Source of the DNA: Eledone cirrhosa
Taxonomy: Eukaryota
DNA length: 64,000 nucleotides
Direction of reading: 5' to 3'
Assembly: GCA_964016885.1 (NCBI GenBank)
Contig: OZ024740.1
Location: 155,000,001 to 155,064,000, forward strand
Shown here: positions 1-13,276 of the stretch, in pieces
How the letters are laid out: each line of letters begins with the position of its first letter
How positions within the stretch are numbered: the stretch's first letter is position 1
The notes under the pieces: model-generated
Database searches by the model: none
What the model was told of the DNA's origin: nothing
Seen by the model: only the letters and a program-made list of their open reading frames with translations
Program-made: the position numbers and the translations under genes

Positions 1-1441
1 TATATATGTATGAGTGTGTTTTAAACAGTGTTGATATATATATTTTTTTAGTTAATTCTATTGACTGATTAATAGCCTATGTTAATTTTAAAAACTATTC
101 TGTCGAGAGCTTAATTCGTTTTGTGATATTTTGCAATTTTGCAATAACCACACATACTGAATTCATCCGCCAAGACTAGGGGTTCTCTCCCTTCTGACCC
201 CGCACGTGGGTTCAGATAACGGTCAGTTCCTTAGCTTTGCATAGAACTAAATGCCTGTTGAAAAAGTGACTTCCTTGTTCAATCATCATACCAAAAGCTT
301 AACATTATTTGTTTAAGCAGACAGTACCTGATTTAGGAGTTGCAGAAACCCCATATTGGATTTTACCACCGTTTCCAGGGTTCCGGGTATATTTTTCAAC
401 CATATTTTATTATTTGTTTGACCCGAATAGCTTGCTCGCTTCTATGGCTTTGCGGTTAATGGTTTAACCATCATCTCAGTGTGTTTGGCCTTTTAACGTA
501 TGTTTATTGCTCTAGTTCACTCGTTTCTATTGAGCGCTTGCCACACATTTCGGAAGTTGTTTTTTGCTAATTTCCAATAGTCGAAATGTGATTCTCGCTA
601 ATTTATATATATAAATATATATATACGTCTGTGTGTGTATATAAAACAGTGATGATGATGATATATATACATATATATATAAGCAAAATGGTTGACTTAA
701 GAAACACCAGATTTGAAATGTGTGCATCCAAACGGAAATGACCATAATAATAGTTGCTTGCTATAAATAATGGTTGAGAAAATCAAGCAAAGTACCCCAT
801 CTGAGAGATGTAGGGTTTGTTTCCTCGTAGGCACCTCTTTTCACTTTTATCCACCTTCAGATTGAAAATAACAAAAGCCAAGGAAAATGTTGTAACAAAG
901 AAACTAATACATCATCATCGTTTAACATCTATCTTCCACGCTAGCATGGGTTAGACGGGAATTGTCCCAAATACGTTAAATATACTTTACTATACACACT
1001 ATCATTTTTGGTAGGCATTATGCTAGTATATATATATCACTTGTGTGTCCCTCACTATGTGTGTGATATAAAAAATATACATGCATATATCATTTTACCA
1101 GTTGCTCAGATGCTTTTCTAACTGTCAACATATATAAATTATATCTAATGTTCAAATCTCCCATGTTTTGTAACAATCACTCTTAATTCTCTCCTAAAGA
1201 TTATTTGGGTTTAAAACGTGAGTTAAAGAGAATATCACAACTGGAATTACACAGTCTTTCAGGCTAAAGTTCTACATGCTCGTAAACAATAATTTTAAAA
1301 AAGTCGATAGATTATTCTTTGAGCTGGAGCACATTTGTTTATAGGTATGGGGATAAAAGGTTAATTCATCCTGTTCAATATTTGTAAAGCCATGAAACAT
1401 TTTTTATATCACTTAAATTGTTTTTTTTTTCCATTGTATAT

Positions 1442-1682
1442 ATCATCATCATCATCATTTCGTTTTAAGTCCGCTTTTTCCCTGCTTGCAAGGGTGGGAC
1501 GGGAACTGATTCTGGCTTGATTTCTACAGCTGGATGCCCTTCCTAACACCAACCTCATTTACAGTGAGTGCTGGGTGCTTTTTTGCCGTGGCACCTCCAC
1601 GACCCCTTTGCAGTGGAATGATATGGACCCCAGTCCCTATCATCTCATTTCTACAGCTGAGTAAACTGGAGCAATGTGAATC
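1442..1682 (-). mobile_element. 5'-truncated tRNA-SINE family E (RTE-tailed)
   Basis: Near-identical to the 3' two-thirds of the copy at 33542-33868; (GAT)n tail. Confidence 0.85.
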
Positions 1683-2189
1683 TATATATATATGAATATG
1701 TATGTATATATATATATATATGTCTATATATATTAGCTCTTAGTCCAGCTTGTTCTGTTGGGAACATAAGTCAACCAATCGTCTCCATTGCTGTCGGTTG
1801 GGCAGCGGTAGTTCGTTGACATCCATGCCAGCTAATGCTCACAGTTTGTAGGTTGCCTTGGAATATCCGCCGCTAGATCATCTTTGGTTGGTCTCGTTAC
1901 TGCTTGCCTTCGGCGGGGGGGGGGGGGGGGGGGGGGGCACATCATCACCATTTTGGACAGAGCAGTACATCTGGTGTGCTGATACTCCAAGGAAACTCAC
2001 ACCTGTAGAAGCTTATTTATTTCCTGATGATGAAATGTCAGGAGATGACTGAAGTTAATCTTCAAAGTCTTTTCTTTAACCCCAGCAAATCCTATGAACA
2101 AATATTTTTCAGTAGCGACCATCCAGTGTGAGTCTGTTTCCAATGAAATGTGATACTTGTTCTTCACCCATTTATTCTTAATAATGTCA

Positions 2190-2640
2190 TGGAGGCAGAG
2201 TCCTCAAGCACACCTTCCAATGTGTTCTGATAGAAGCAACTGTCTCCCAAGTGAGACCAGCTGAGTTCATGGATATTATCTAACCACCATCTTGCTTAGG
2301 ATCTACCTCTGGGTCTCTTGCCAGCTAGTTTTGCCTGTAAAATCAGTCCAGTGATTCTTTCCTGAAACATTCTAACCACATATCTGTCGTATCAGAGCTG
2401 TGATCTCTCAATTCGGAGAAGCGGCAACTCTACCTGGAATGACTCCCTGATCTCTGAGTTATGCACTCTATTGAGTAATTTTACTCCAAAGACCTTCCAG
2501 AGGAACCTCGTTTTGACCACTTGTATTCGTGATTGTATTCTATAATTAGAGCAATCTCTCTTGTCTACCTTTTTGAAAATTGGGATTATCACTCCCAATT
2601 GCCATTAATTATGTACCTTTCCAGGAAATCCAGGCTGTCT
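2190..2640 (-). mobile_element. Degraded, internally deleted RTE (Rex3/Expander-like) fragment
   Basis: VIIPIFKKVDKRDCSNYR joined to SRIQ..RFL..NSEIRE..LLRIERSQL, followed by a KRPRGRS-type C-terminal motif. Confidence 0.7.
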
Positions 2641-4624
2641 AGCACTCATGAGTCAGCTAGATAATCAATGAAACAGCCAGCTTGTGAAATGAATGTGCTG
2701 AGTATTCCACAAATGCGTGCACTCTTAAAGTAGTTCACAGGAAAATTCGGCATGACATGTGGGTAACAAGACTGGGGGAACATGAAATAAAGCATCTTGT
2801 TCAAGGACTCAATGCACAGCCCAGGCCAGGAATCAGCAAGCCTGATTACTATGTGTATCCCATTGTTTTAGAATAAATATCTCTCATGTTTTAAAAGACA
2901 ACCAAAAGAACTACTGTCAAGAAGGGCATCTGACTATAAACCACTGCCTCAAAAAGTCCTGTTCAACTTATATCAGCATGGAAAGGTGGATGTAAAAAGC
3001 AATGATGGTGATGGTGATAATGATGAAGATGATGAGATTGTTTCTGTAGACAATCATTACATAAATAAATCTTAATGTTTGACATCAAGTTGACCGACTT
3101 CAACCCCATTAAATGCTAACATGTCGACATAACAAAAATCAATAGCCATATACAATGTCTCTTGTAATGATTAAATAAATCATAACAATATGAAAGAGCT
3201 GTTAATGACTATAATAAATAAAAATGGTGTAAGAGTAGCAGTAATAATGAATTTACAGTAAATGAACTGACAAGGAAATAAGAGAGTCCTCACTTTATAA
3301 TCAGGTGACCATTGGTAACTTTTGAAAAAGGAGAAACTTAATTTAAACAGAAACATACTAAGGGATATTCATAACAGTGAGAAAACTCTTTAGTTGTGTT
3401 AAGGGCATGACAAACTCTCTAGTGTTGGTGACACAATAAAACACAGCCAGTATACTCTGTGAAGTGGTTGGTTACAGGAGAGGCATCCAACCATAGAAGA
3501 CTTGTCAAAAAAGGGTAGAGAGGCTTCTTCAGTTGTGTCAAAGATGTAATGGCCTCTCAAGTGCTAATGCCATGATAAAATGCATAGCACTTTTTGTAGA
3601 GTGTGGGAATGTATGTAAATGAGATATAGTCCCTAGCCTATCTGAGAGATCAGTGGCTCCATTAAGTACTGACTTGGTCTGTGACAGTCTATCCAATCCT
3701 TGCTAACAAGGAAAACAGACGTTAAATGATAATGCTGATGATGAAAAATTGATGTTGCTGAACTTATATATATATATATTTAACATTTTTTTTACTGTTT
3801 CAGGGCCCATAAGACTTGTGGTAGCTGTCCTCAAACATCAAAAAGGCCAGATAATGATGTTAAACTAGGTGATGCTTTATTTACCACTGAAGTCAGAAAT
3901 AGCAGGATTTGAAACCAGAATGCAAAGAGAACAAATAATGCAAAGTATCTTGCCTGATGCTTTAACAATTCTGCCAGTCTACCAGCTTTGGACAGGTAAT
4001 TTATTTAACTGAACTCAAACGGATGAAAGGCAAAGTTGACCTTGGCAGGTTTTTACTCAGAGTGCAGAAACAAATACCACAAAGCTTTTTGTCCTATCTT
4101 CTAACAACTCTCTGCCAATTCAAGATTATTTCGACTAGTTAGAAAAGCTAATAATCATAATAATGGTGATTGATGTCAGACAAAATGCTTTTATCTTTCT
4201 TCCACACTACAATTGATTCTTTTTATACTTAGTTTATCTCATAACTCATTTGTGCTCTGTTAACATTACATTGAGTAGGCCTGCTTCATTTCTTTTCAGC
4301 CTTTACACATTCTCTGTATTCAATGCTCATGTTACACTACAATGCAATATTGCACTTCATACAGATATGTTATACAATCTACCTTTCACTTAAAGAGAAT
4401 CCCTTGTTGACAGCAGAGGTAATAGATTCCAGATTTTCTCTACTGACAGATGGTCATAAACTTCTCTGTTGTGGCCTGGAAAACATGAGGGGGTTGAAAG
4501 CAACCTCTTGATATACAATACACCTACCTGGATGCTAAATTCCTTACCAATTCTCACCTTGTTAACAGCATCTGTGTACATGTCTCATAAGCCATTCAGA
4601 GAAAGATAATATCGGCCGCATCTC

Positions 4625-5820
4625 CATCGTCCACCATCCTCCTATCACAAACCTACTCATGATGGAAGAATGGGTGATGAGGATAGTGGACGATAGAGAT
4701 GCGGCCGATATTATCTTTCTCGACTTCGCCAAAGTCTTTGACTCTGTCAACCACCGCCTGCTCCTGTATAAGCTCAGCAACTATGGTCTCCATGACTCGA
4801 TTATAAAGTGGATTGGATCATTTCTTGAGGGTTGTACTTGCAGAGTTCGGATCAATGGCAGTCTGTCATTGGGGGTGGGTGTAGGCAGTGGCGTTCCCCA
4901 GGGCTCTGTGTTGGGCCCAATTCTCTTCCTTCTACGTGATTGGTGGAAACGTGCTCCTATTTGCAGATGATGTGAAAATGGTAGCCCGTAGGAACGAGAT
5001 CGACAATCTCAAGCCCAACCTCCAGCACGCCTAGAGTTGGTCCATTGACTGGGATTTATACCTCAATGTCGATAAGTGTTGCCATATGGCAGTGGGTACA
5101 CCTTATAACTCAGCTCTTACCTTCAACGGTGGCATTGCTCCTTTGAAGGAGGTTGAGGAGACTAAAGATCTTGGTCTGCTGGTCGACTCGTCCTTCAAAC
5201 CATCAAAACATTGCATTCAAGCTGCAAACAAGGCAAGGAGCTCTCTTTTTCTTATTCGACGCTCCTTTGCCAAACTCACTCCAGAAATTTTCAGGCCTCT
5301 CTATGTCGCCCTCGTGAGACCACACCTAGAATATGGCATCCAAGCATCAAACCCATATCTCATACGGGATATCTATCACTTGGAGAGAGTTCAATGACTA
5401 GCGACTCGAATGGTACAGGGTCTTCATGAGCTTCCCTACGAAAGCCGGCTGCAGAAGCTGAACCTCTTCTCCATGAAGCGTCGATGGCTATCTCATTTTG
5501 GCTTACAATCTCTTCAATGGCCATTACGATCTCCTATTCACTCCGGCACTTGAAAGGAGTCTACGTGGACATGACAAAAAGCTGTTTCACCGCTGCTTTC
5601 GCCTAAATAGACGGAAAGCTGCTTTCTCGATCCGCATCTCTGGACCCTGGAATCGGCTTCCAGAAGAAGTAGTCAACGTGCCAACCACACAACAATTCAA
5701 GGTAGAATTGGACCGGTGTTGGAATACTGTGTTTCCGACTGTGTAAAGTTTGCCCCTCTCCCCTCCTTACATGGTATCTGAAGCATCTGTTTTATTTTCT
5801 GCCAAATATATTGATTTGAA
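4625..5820 (+). mobile_element. 5'-truncated CR1-clade LINE, ORF2 3' half (stops and frameshifts)
   Basis: FLDFAKVFDSVNH, SGVPQGSVLGPILF, LFADDVK, KDLGLLVD, LYVALVRPHLEY, LERVQ, LRGHDKKL, WNRLPEEVV. Confidence 0.9.
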
Positions 5821-6083
5821 TTTACACCAAGTTTTTAAATCCTTCTCACTTCGTAACATGGTACCTTGTCACAAACCTTATCTGGGAAAATGAATGCTAC
5901 ATATAGTAACTTGCTCTTAGCTAAGAATGCCTCACTAGGAGTAGATCATTGGTGGTAACCCTTCCTGTATAACATTTTAGCTAATTCCCTTCATAATCAG
6001 TTGTGCTATAACTGTTACTTTCCTAACTCAATCTATCAATTTGATGCCTCTGTAGTTGTTTGCATTCTAGAGCATTCCCTTTA

Positions 6084-6289
6084 CTCTTTAGCATTTAAAC
6101 CGGCCATCTCCAGCCAGAATTCTTTCACCTCTTTCTTTTCAAACCAGCTGCTCATACTGATGTTAAGGTATTGTTCTCAAAATAAATAATATCAAAATCT
6201 CAGATTCGATATTATGTGAGGTAATTATGTAAGATAAAGCTTTTACCACAAAAACATGATAGTATATATATAATGTAAATGCTAAAGGG
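6084..6289. mobile_element. piggyBac-type MITE family C
   Basis: TIR ctctttagcattta...taaatgctaaaggg followed by TTAA; homologous to the other family C copies. Confidence 0.8.
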
Positions 6290-6479
6290 TTAAACTTAAG
6301 TGATTAACTAGCCTGTATTTTACTTCACCAGAGAATTTTAGCATCTCAGTGACTATTTTTGATAGCCTAGCTGCTCTCCCTGCTTCATTTTATTAATTAC
6401 ACTTTCAACCATATAGCTGTAGACTTTAATAGCTGGTCTTTCTTTTGAGTCTACTTGAGATAGTCCATCGCTGAACTAC

Positions 6480-6655
6480 ATATTCTTCTCATTCAACAAT
6501 TTCTCATAGTAGTACTTCCATCTTTCTTCTCAGCGTCAATGAAGAAAAGTGTGCCATTATCATTCCATATAGACTTTTCCACATTGACATTCTGATTCAC
6601 AATCTGAAACAATTTACCCCTCTGATCCATTCACTGGAGGATGTTTGCAAACCTT
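6480..6655 (-). mobile_element. Old RTE fragment (region between endonuclease and RT)
   Basis: Minus strand translates to ...NDNGTL..DAEK / WKYYYEKLLNE, typical of RTE ORF linkers. Confidence 0.45.
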
Positions 6656-7371
6656 TAACTTATAGTGTTCCATTAATTCAATTAATGGAACAGGCTGCTT
6701 GTAAAATGAACATGCAAGTGTATCAGACACATGCACTCTTAATGTAACTCTCAAGGAGATTCAGTGTGACAAAGTTGGTCCCATCAATTACAGGTACAAC
6801 ATTTTTTGTGGACTGAAGCAACATGAAAATAAAGTGTTTTGCTCAAGTACACAACATACAGCACCCACACATTTGAACTCACGACCTTGACTGTGAGCCC
6901 AGCATATGAATCACTAAGCCATGCCTTCAACAAGGAATATTACACGTTTGATCAAAAGAACTGTCTTCTCATTGAATTAGCACGTAAGTGGCTGAATATT
7001 CCACGGACATATGCATCTTTATGGTAATTCTTAGAGAAAAATCAACAGCACCAGATAGGGCTTATTAATTTCAGGTACTGTCCATTTTATGAGTTACCAT
7101 ACAGTTTCTGTCAACCCAATTTTATCCATAAGACTTGTTCAATCTGAAACTGTGGTAAAGTACATTTACTCATCTGAGTTGTGCCTGAAACTTCTTTAAC
7201 AGACAGCCACACCTGTAATGTAGTGCGATCGATCTAGAGATTTTATGATAGTCAAGCAAGCTTCTTAACCATCCAGCATGTCTGCATTCAAAACCTTCTA
7301 CAAGATATTTTTGGAAATTTAGAATATATTGCTAAGTGAGCTGTTGTTTTATTGGATCATAACTGTTCTAT

Positions 7372-8817
7372 ATCATCATCGTTTAACGTCTATCTTCCAC
7401 GCTAGCATGGGTTTAGACGGGATTTGTCCCACTTGAGGCAAGATTGGTTGTCTCGCTCGTATAGGACTGTCTGGCAGGTTTTCTACGGCTGGATGCCCTT
7501 CCTAACACCAACCTCATTTATAGTGTGGACTGGGAGGTTTTTACCGCGTTACCTACACGGCCACATTACAGCATGGACTGTGTGTTTTTTTTGTCGTGAC
7601 ACCTACACGATCTCATTTATTTAGGACTGGATGTTGTGGTACCAACAAAATGTTTCAGAGAAAAGGGTGGTGTTGATGGAGGGTGCGGGGTGGGGGTGTA
7701 TATTTGATTAAGAAGTGCCTATTGACTGTTGGTTTCGCTTTGTACTTAGGCAAGGCAGATCTTCTGTATTACTGCATAGCGCCAAAGATCTCGGTCCAGT
7801 GACATTGTCTTAGAGAGGTGTAAGTGTGTAAAGTCGGAATTTATCAAATTGTGCCAGGTTTTTCTCAGTCTGTCTACTCCATAACTTCCGTCAATTATGA
7901 TCGCCCTGTACTTTTTTATACAGCTGTCGTCTTTCATGCGCATCGCGTGACCATACCAACGTAGTCTTCTCTCGAATAAACAGCATCTGATCCCTCTTAT
8001 ACCTAATTTCTCACTTAGTTCATTTATGCTTTGCTGTTCACGTATATTACTATTACACATCCAACGGAGCATGCATGCTTTGTTCCTCTCCAGTCTGTGC
8101 AGACCCTCTGCACACAATGCCCAGGTCTCACTGCCATGTAACATAGCTGTTCGTATGCAGGTATCATACAGTCTGCCTTTCATTTTTAGAGAGAAACCTT
8201 TAGTGGTATAAGCTCTCTGAACTTTTTCCATCCCGTTCTGACTCTGGCTACTGTACTTTCAGAGCACCCTCCACCACTGTTGATTTTGTCACCCAGGTAA
8301 CGGAAGGTATCCACTATTTCTATAGAGCCATCTGGGCAATAGAAGGAGCTAGTATCCTGTGGGCACTTGCTTTTTGCACCTGAGCACCAGCCACATATAA
8401 AATCTACGCTCTTAGATAGCTTACCTGTGATCCCACTACATCTTTTATGCACCCATACTTTGCATTTAGGATATAAAATGGAATTTCTGCCTACATACTG
8501 AGCATGGCCATTTCCCAGAGGGGACCTGTGCCTTAGTTTCCTTCCTACATACTAGAACTTTAGCCTTTTGATTCTAGGCCATGCTTCCATGTTTGGAATT
8601 TCTTCTCTAGTTCAGTTATGAGCGTTAGATCATCTGCATATATAAGTTCCCATGGGTAGCCGGTCTTGAACTCCTGTTATAGCCTGAAGGGCAATAATAA
8701 ATAGGAGGGGTCTCTAATGAACACCAACTTTTATGCTAAATTCTTCACTATATTCGTTGTTAATTCTAACCTTGCTGACTGTTTCTTTATACATGGCTTG
8801 TATAGCTCTCACAAGCC
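7372..8817 (-). mobile_element. Degraded RTE LINE (subfamily 1-like) with 3'UTR and (GAT)n tail
   Basis: ORF pieces (FRYLG, MLHGSETW, RRLRWYGH) are colinear with 26130-27630; multiple deletions. Confidence 0.92.
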
Positions 8818-8899
8818 ATATGTATTATATTATTAGTTGGCATGATTTGTTAGTGGGGGGGTGTTATTGTGATGATTATGTAAGAATAAGTGTTATTTT

Positions 8900-9135
8900 A
8901 TGTGGTGATTGTGTAGAGTAAGTAGTATATTATTGAGTGGCAACTGTACGGTATGTGTTGTGCTGTCTTGCATAATATGTGTTTGAGCATGTCTGTTGTT
9001 TTGTAAGTCAGTGGTATTGATTTTGTTTATCTTCTTTATCATACATAGTGGTCCAATTGTTATTGGTACTGTTTTTACTTTCATAGCCTAAATCTTGCTG
9101 ATTTTAATTCAAGATCCTTCTTTTCAGATAGTTTA
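8900..9135 (-). mobile_element. 3' fragment of an R4/Dong-type non-LTR element
   Basis: ISKI*AMKVKTVPITIGPLCMIKK resembles the C-terminal VPIVIGALG motif of RLE-bearing elements. Confidence 0.5.
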
Positions 9136-9645
9136 ACTTTAAGATCAGAAATCCTATTGAGAAGATATCAGAATCTCAAATGGACAATATATATATACGC
9201 TAACCCATGCTAGCATGGAAGATGGACGTTAATCGATGATGGTGACACGTAAATTATGTAATACAACAGCCACAGCTTGATGATGTCCATCATCTCTATA
9301 CCAATAATTAGAGCAAGTTATTTTTTAACTGAGAAGGCAGGGGTCTAGTTTTGAGGGATGTGTTTCAATTTAATTTGTCTTATGTGGGGCTGATTGTAGA
9401 ACTGCAGTTTGAGTTTGGTGTAGATTTGATTGCATTCTAGTTCAGCATTGAGAGTTCTTGTTTCTTGTCCTTACTGTACATACATAAACCCGTACAGAAT
9501 GACTGTGTGGCTAAGAGATTCATATCTGCATGATTCTGTGTTTGAACTCATTGGCATTTAACATGTCTACTTTGCACCATCCAAAGAATGGTGAGTGAAA
9601 TTAGGTAAATGGAAACTGTATGGAAGTCCATTATGTACATGTGAA

Positions 9646-9836
9646 TGCGGTGGATTGGCAGTCTTGGTAGAGGGTTAGACGCCATGCTTTACAGCAAAGA
9701 GTTACGGTCCTTTATGGTCTAAGTTCAAATCCCCCCGAGGTTAACTTTGCCTTTCATCCTTACAGGGTCGATAAAATAAAGTACCAGTAATACACTGGGA
9801 TAATTGCTGGCCTTGTGCCAAAAGTAGAAACAATTA
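9646..9836 (+). mobile_element. tRNA-derived SINE family B
   Basis: B-box gttcaaatcc, central aactttgcctttcatcct..gggtcgataaaataaagtaccagt, 3' end ggccttgtgcc.aaagtagaaacaattat. Many copies in the window. Confidence 0.8.
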
Positions 9837-12584
9837 TGTATATGTGTATGCAAACAGGGATAGCAGAATGAGTACCATGCTGAACCAAAATCTAGTGGTA
9901 TTTGGTTAAGGCCCTAAATATTAATTTTGCTTTTATACATGCTGAGCAAATTGATTTCTACTCAGGTCTTGAAATATGGTCAGATTATGGTGATTAACAT
10001 CAAGGTAAGATATGAAGAGAACCCAGCAAAGAAAGTTTTTAAAAAATACCAAGATTCCATAACTTTTGCTTGCTGAAAATGGTAATTTAGTCTAGCTGCA
10101 CCGCTAAAGCTTATTGATGTGGTCTCCAGCTAAAAAAAATAGTTAACTATTTGACCACCAAACTCTTGAACACTTTAGTCTTAATATTATGTTTCTTGGA
10201 CAATCTTAACTCCAATTTCTTTTCCAAAAGAATTGTTATGACTTGGACCGCAAAAATTCGAAAAATTCATATTAACACAGTTATACTGCCCATGATGATA
10301 TGAGCTTTGATACATGCTGTGTCTCTAACCAGATGATTGCTAATGGTTTGTTTCTAAACTAAGATACTTAATGACCAATAGTTCAGCTGTTCATGTTGTG
10401 AATGCTACAATGCTGTTGCTGATAATTCAAACAGTTAAAGAAGAGGATGTTGTTTTAATTGGCAATGTTGTAAACACTGAGGATGATATGGGACCAGAAG
10501 ATTTATCCTGTGATGAAGGAGTAATTTTAGGGAAATCACATGGGATAATATATACACAAGCTAGAGACTTTATCCTAAGTTATCAAATCTGTTTTAAGAG
10601 CCATGTAAATACCTGCCCAGAAGATATTAATCATTAACAGCTGAATTGGAACTGTGATTTATAAATAATGGTACTGGCTGGAAGGTATTATCATACTGGG
10701 GGAATAGAGAGGCAAGGAACGACATCTGACAAGGGCTAAGGAAAGAGAGAGAGAGAATAAAAGTTAGATCATTAATGCCACCTTCACCCCCACAACCCAA
10801 TATTTGTTCTCACTCTCTTCTATACCCTTGGCAAGTAACATGTAGATGCAAGTAACATGTAGATGCATTCCAGTTCTTCTTTTCCCAAGTTTACATTATT
10901 ATTTCTTTTTAACTGGCTGAGGACACAATTACCCTGGTGTTGGTGCCACAAAAGTGTGTACTCAGTACACTTTGTAAAGTGATGAGCATTAATTAGGGAA
11001 TGCATCTAGCTGTATAAACCATATCAAAATGGAATGTATGAGCAAGACATGTTCATTTGTCCTATATAGTCTCAGAATGTGAACAACCATCCAACCTATG
11101 CCAATATGGAAAACAGACATAAATAGTAATGATGATAATGAATAGTTATTGAAACAGTTACAGAAGTCTTCTGGATATTAATATACACTGGCTATTGCTG
11201 ATGGGACTCATTATGCACTCACTAGATCTATGCAGTAAATGCTTCAGGCATTGATTTATCGTCATTTTTTTTACATTTTCTTTTCCATGTTCACTTTGTT
11301 GAGGCAGCAATCTACAGCCAGATGCACTTCCTGGTGCTAACCATTAAAAAAGCAAGTTAGGTACTTATCTTCATATATCAGACTACTGAGATACATATAC
11401 AATATCTTCATAGGCAGAAAAAGAGAGATATATCAGATAAGTTTCAATTAATGTTGGGATTTCCTCAGCCACCAACTACCTACTTTAATTGTCTATGAAC
11501 ATAGTTTATAAACATGCTTCAGTTAACTGGATAGTACAATTTGCATAAATAACAAAGTATTTACATCAGTCTAAATATAATGTTGGCTAAAAATCTATAG
11601 ATATATTCTCTTGTACAGTATCAGTATAGCATTGAAACAAAATATTACACCAGTAATTTTTTAATTAAACTATCTGCTAAGAATTCATTATATATAAATT
11701 AGTTAATCCAATTTACTTAAGTCACAAGTAATTGTGGGTGTTTAGACAGTATTTTCATGTACAGTTAAAGGAGGCATTTGACTGCTGAAACTAACCTGGC
11801 TGATCTTACATGAAGGTATTGTAAATACAAATAAGATGTTTGCATCTGTCTATGCAAATAGCAGTGGCTCAAAATCTATAGACATATTCTATAGTACAAT
11901 TTAAACATTGTATTAATTTTTCCTCCTCTATAACTTCAACATTTTACTAGTGGTATAAGTTGAAACCATGAAGAAAATCTAGTAAAAGGCAAAGCTTTAT
12001 ACCAATTCTTTTTATTGCTTCATTGAGAGAGGAAAGCAGTGTCCATGACCCTTTTCAGGTTCTCCAAGACTTGTAGGAAGGAGTAAGGAATCCTCAAACT
12101 GGAGATAGGGCTTGAATATTTACAAGAGACTGAACTCTGCTATAAGCAAACAAGAGCTAGATGGCAGTGTTAAACTGGGCAATGGATTAAGTCTACTACC
12201 TAAGTAGGCCAATGTAAGATTTGAACTCAGAATATAAAGTGCCAGAAAAAACATCATAAAGCATTTTGTCCAACACTAACAATTTTGTCAATCCGTCAGT
12301 GGACTGGTATTGTATTTATCCCCAAAAGATCAGAGACAAAGTTGACCCCAGAGCACAAAAAACTGGAACACATACCACACATCATTCTGTCTCTTACTCT
12401 AATGACTATTTACCATGAGATTAAAAAAATAATCCCAAAGATATCAAAATACCCCCCCACACACACACTGTTTACAACTAGTGTATACCAACATTTGGGA
12501 ATATAGAATTTGGTAAAATCTGGAATCCAAAGAAACTGGTGTTTGTTGACAGAGATGAGAAATAAAGTGAATTTGATACTTTAA

Positions 12585-12825
12585 CCATTTTGATATTAAA
12601 CCACCCTGTATTTATGATATACAACTGCTTATTTGAAAATGTTTATCTTTAAAATATTTCATCATAATTTTATTTTAGAAAGTTTCGTGAAATAATGTTC
12701 TATCATCATCAGCTTATTAATGAAAAACTTAGTTATTTTATGAAATCATTCCAAATTTTTTGTTATTTTCAAAATTAATTGAAACATAGGCAGTGTATTT
12801 CATTAGAAAAACATTAATGAAAGGG
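12585..12825. mobile_element. TTAA-flanked MITE family D
   Basis: TTAA-ccattttgata...atgaaaggg-TTAA; homologous to 23219-23464, ~41995-42230 and ~52375-52765. Confidence 0.65.
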
Positions 12826-13276
12826 TTAACCATACTTTGTTTTATGAAGAGATATATGCAGTGTACAGGCCAGGCCAACTCAGAATGCTCAGTTGGCATG
12901 AACCTATGATTTTGAGGTGACCTACTTGCCTCAATTTCTAGTTCTTTTATTCTACTATGTTCCTTATAAGTACACCATGCACATCTATATACTTGTATCC
13001 CATATACAAATCAAATGTATTTAGCACTGATTACAAAGATATGCAAAGAGCAGTTGGAAATGGAGCCTATATTTCACATCAGGTTTGGGCCTGTTACTAG
13101 CTTTGCACAAGCTTGAGTGCTCTACTAATACTGATCAAGTGCATATCTTTACATACCAGTTAAGAAATGATATGCCAGGGAGGGAGGAAAGAGAGAAAGA
13201 GAGATAAAGAAAGCAAAAAAGAGATTGAAGGAGAGAGAGATAAAGAAGAAAAAATGTAGACATCTTTCTAGTCTTC

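Noticed and set aside
2022-2052. ctgatga hammerhead-like start
   Set aside because: No helix II before gaaa and no suitable helix III or cleavage triplet.
10371-10637. 88-aa ORF in non-repetitive-looking sequence
   Set aside because: No recognisable motif or convincing splice sites.
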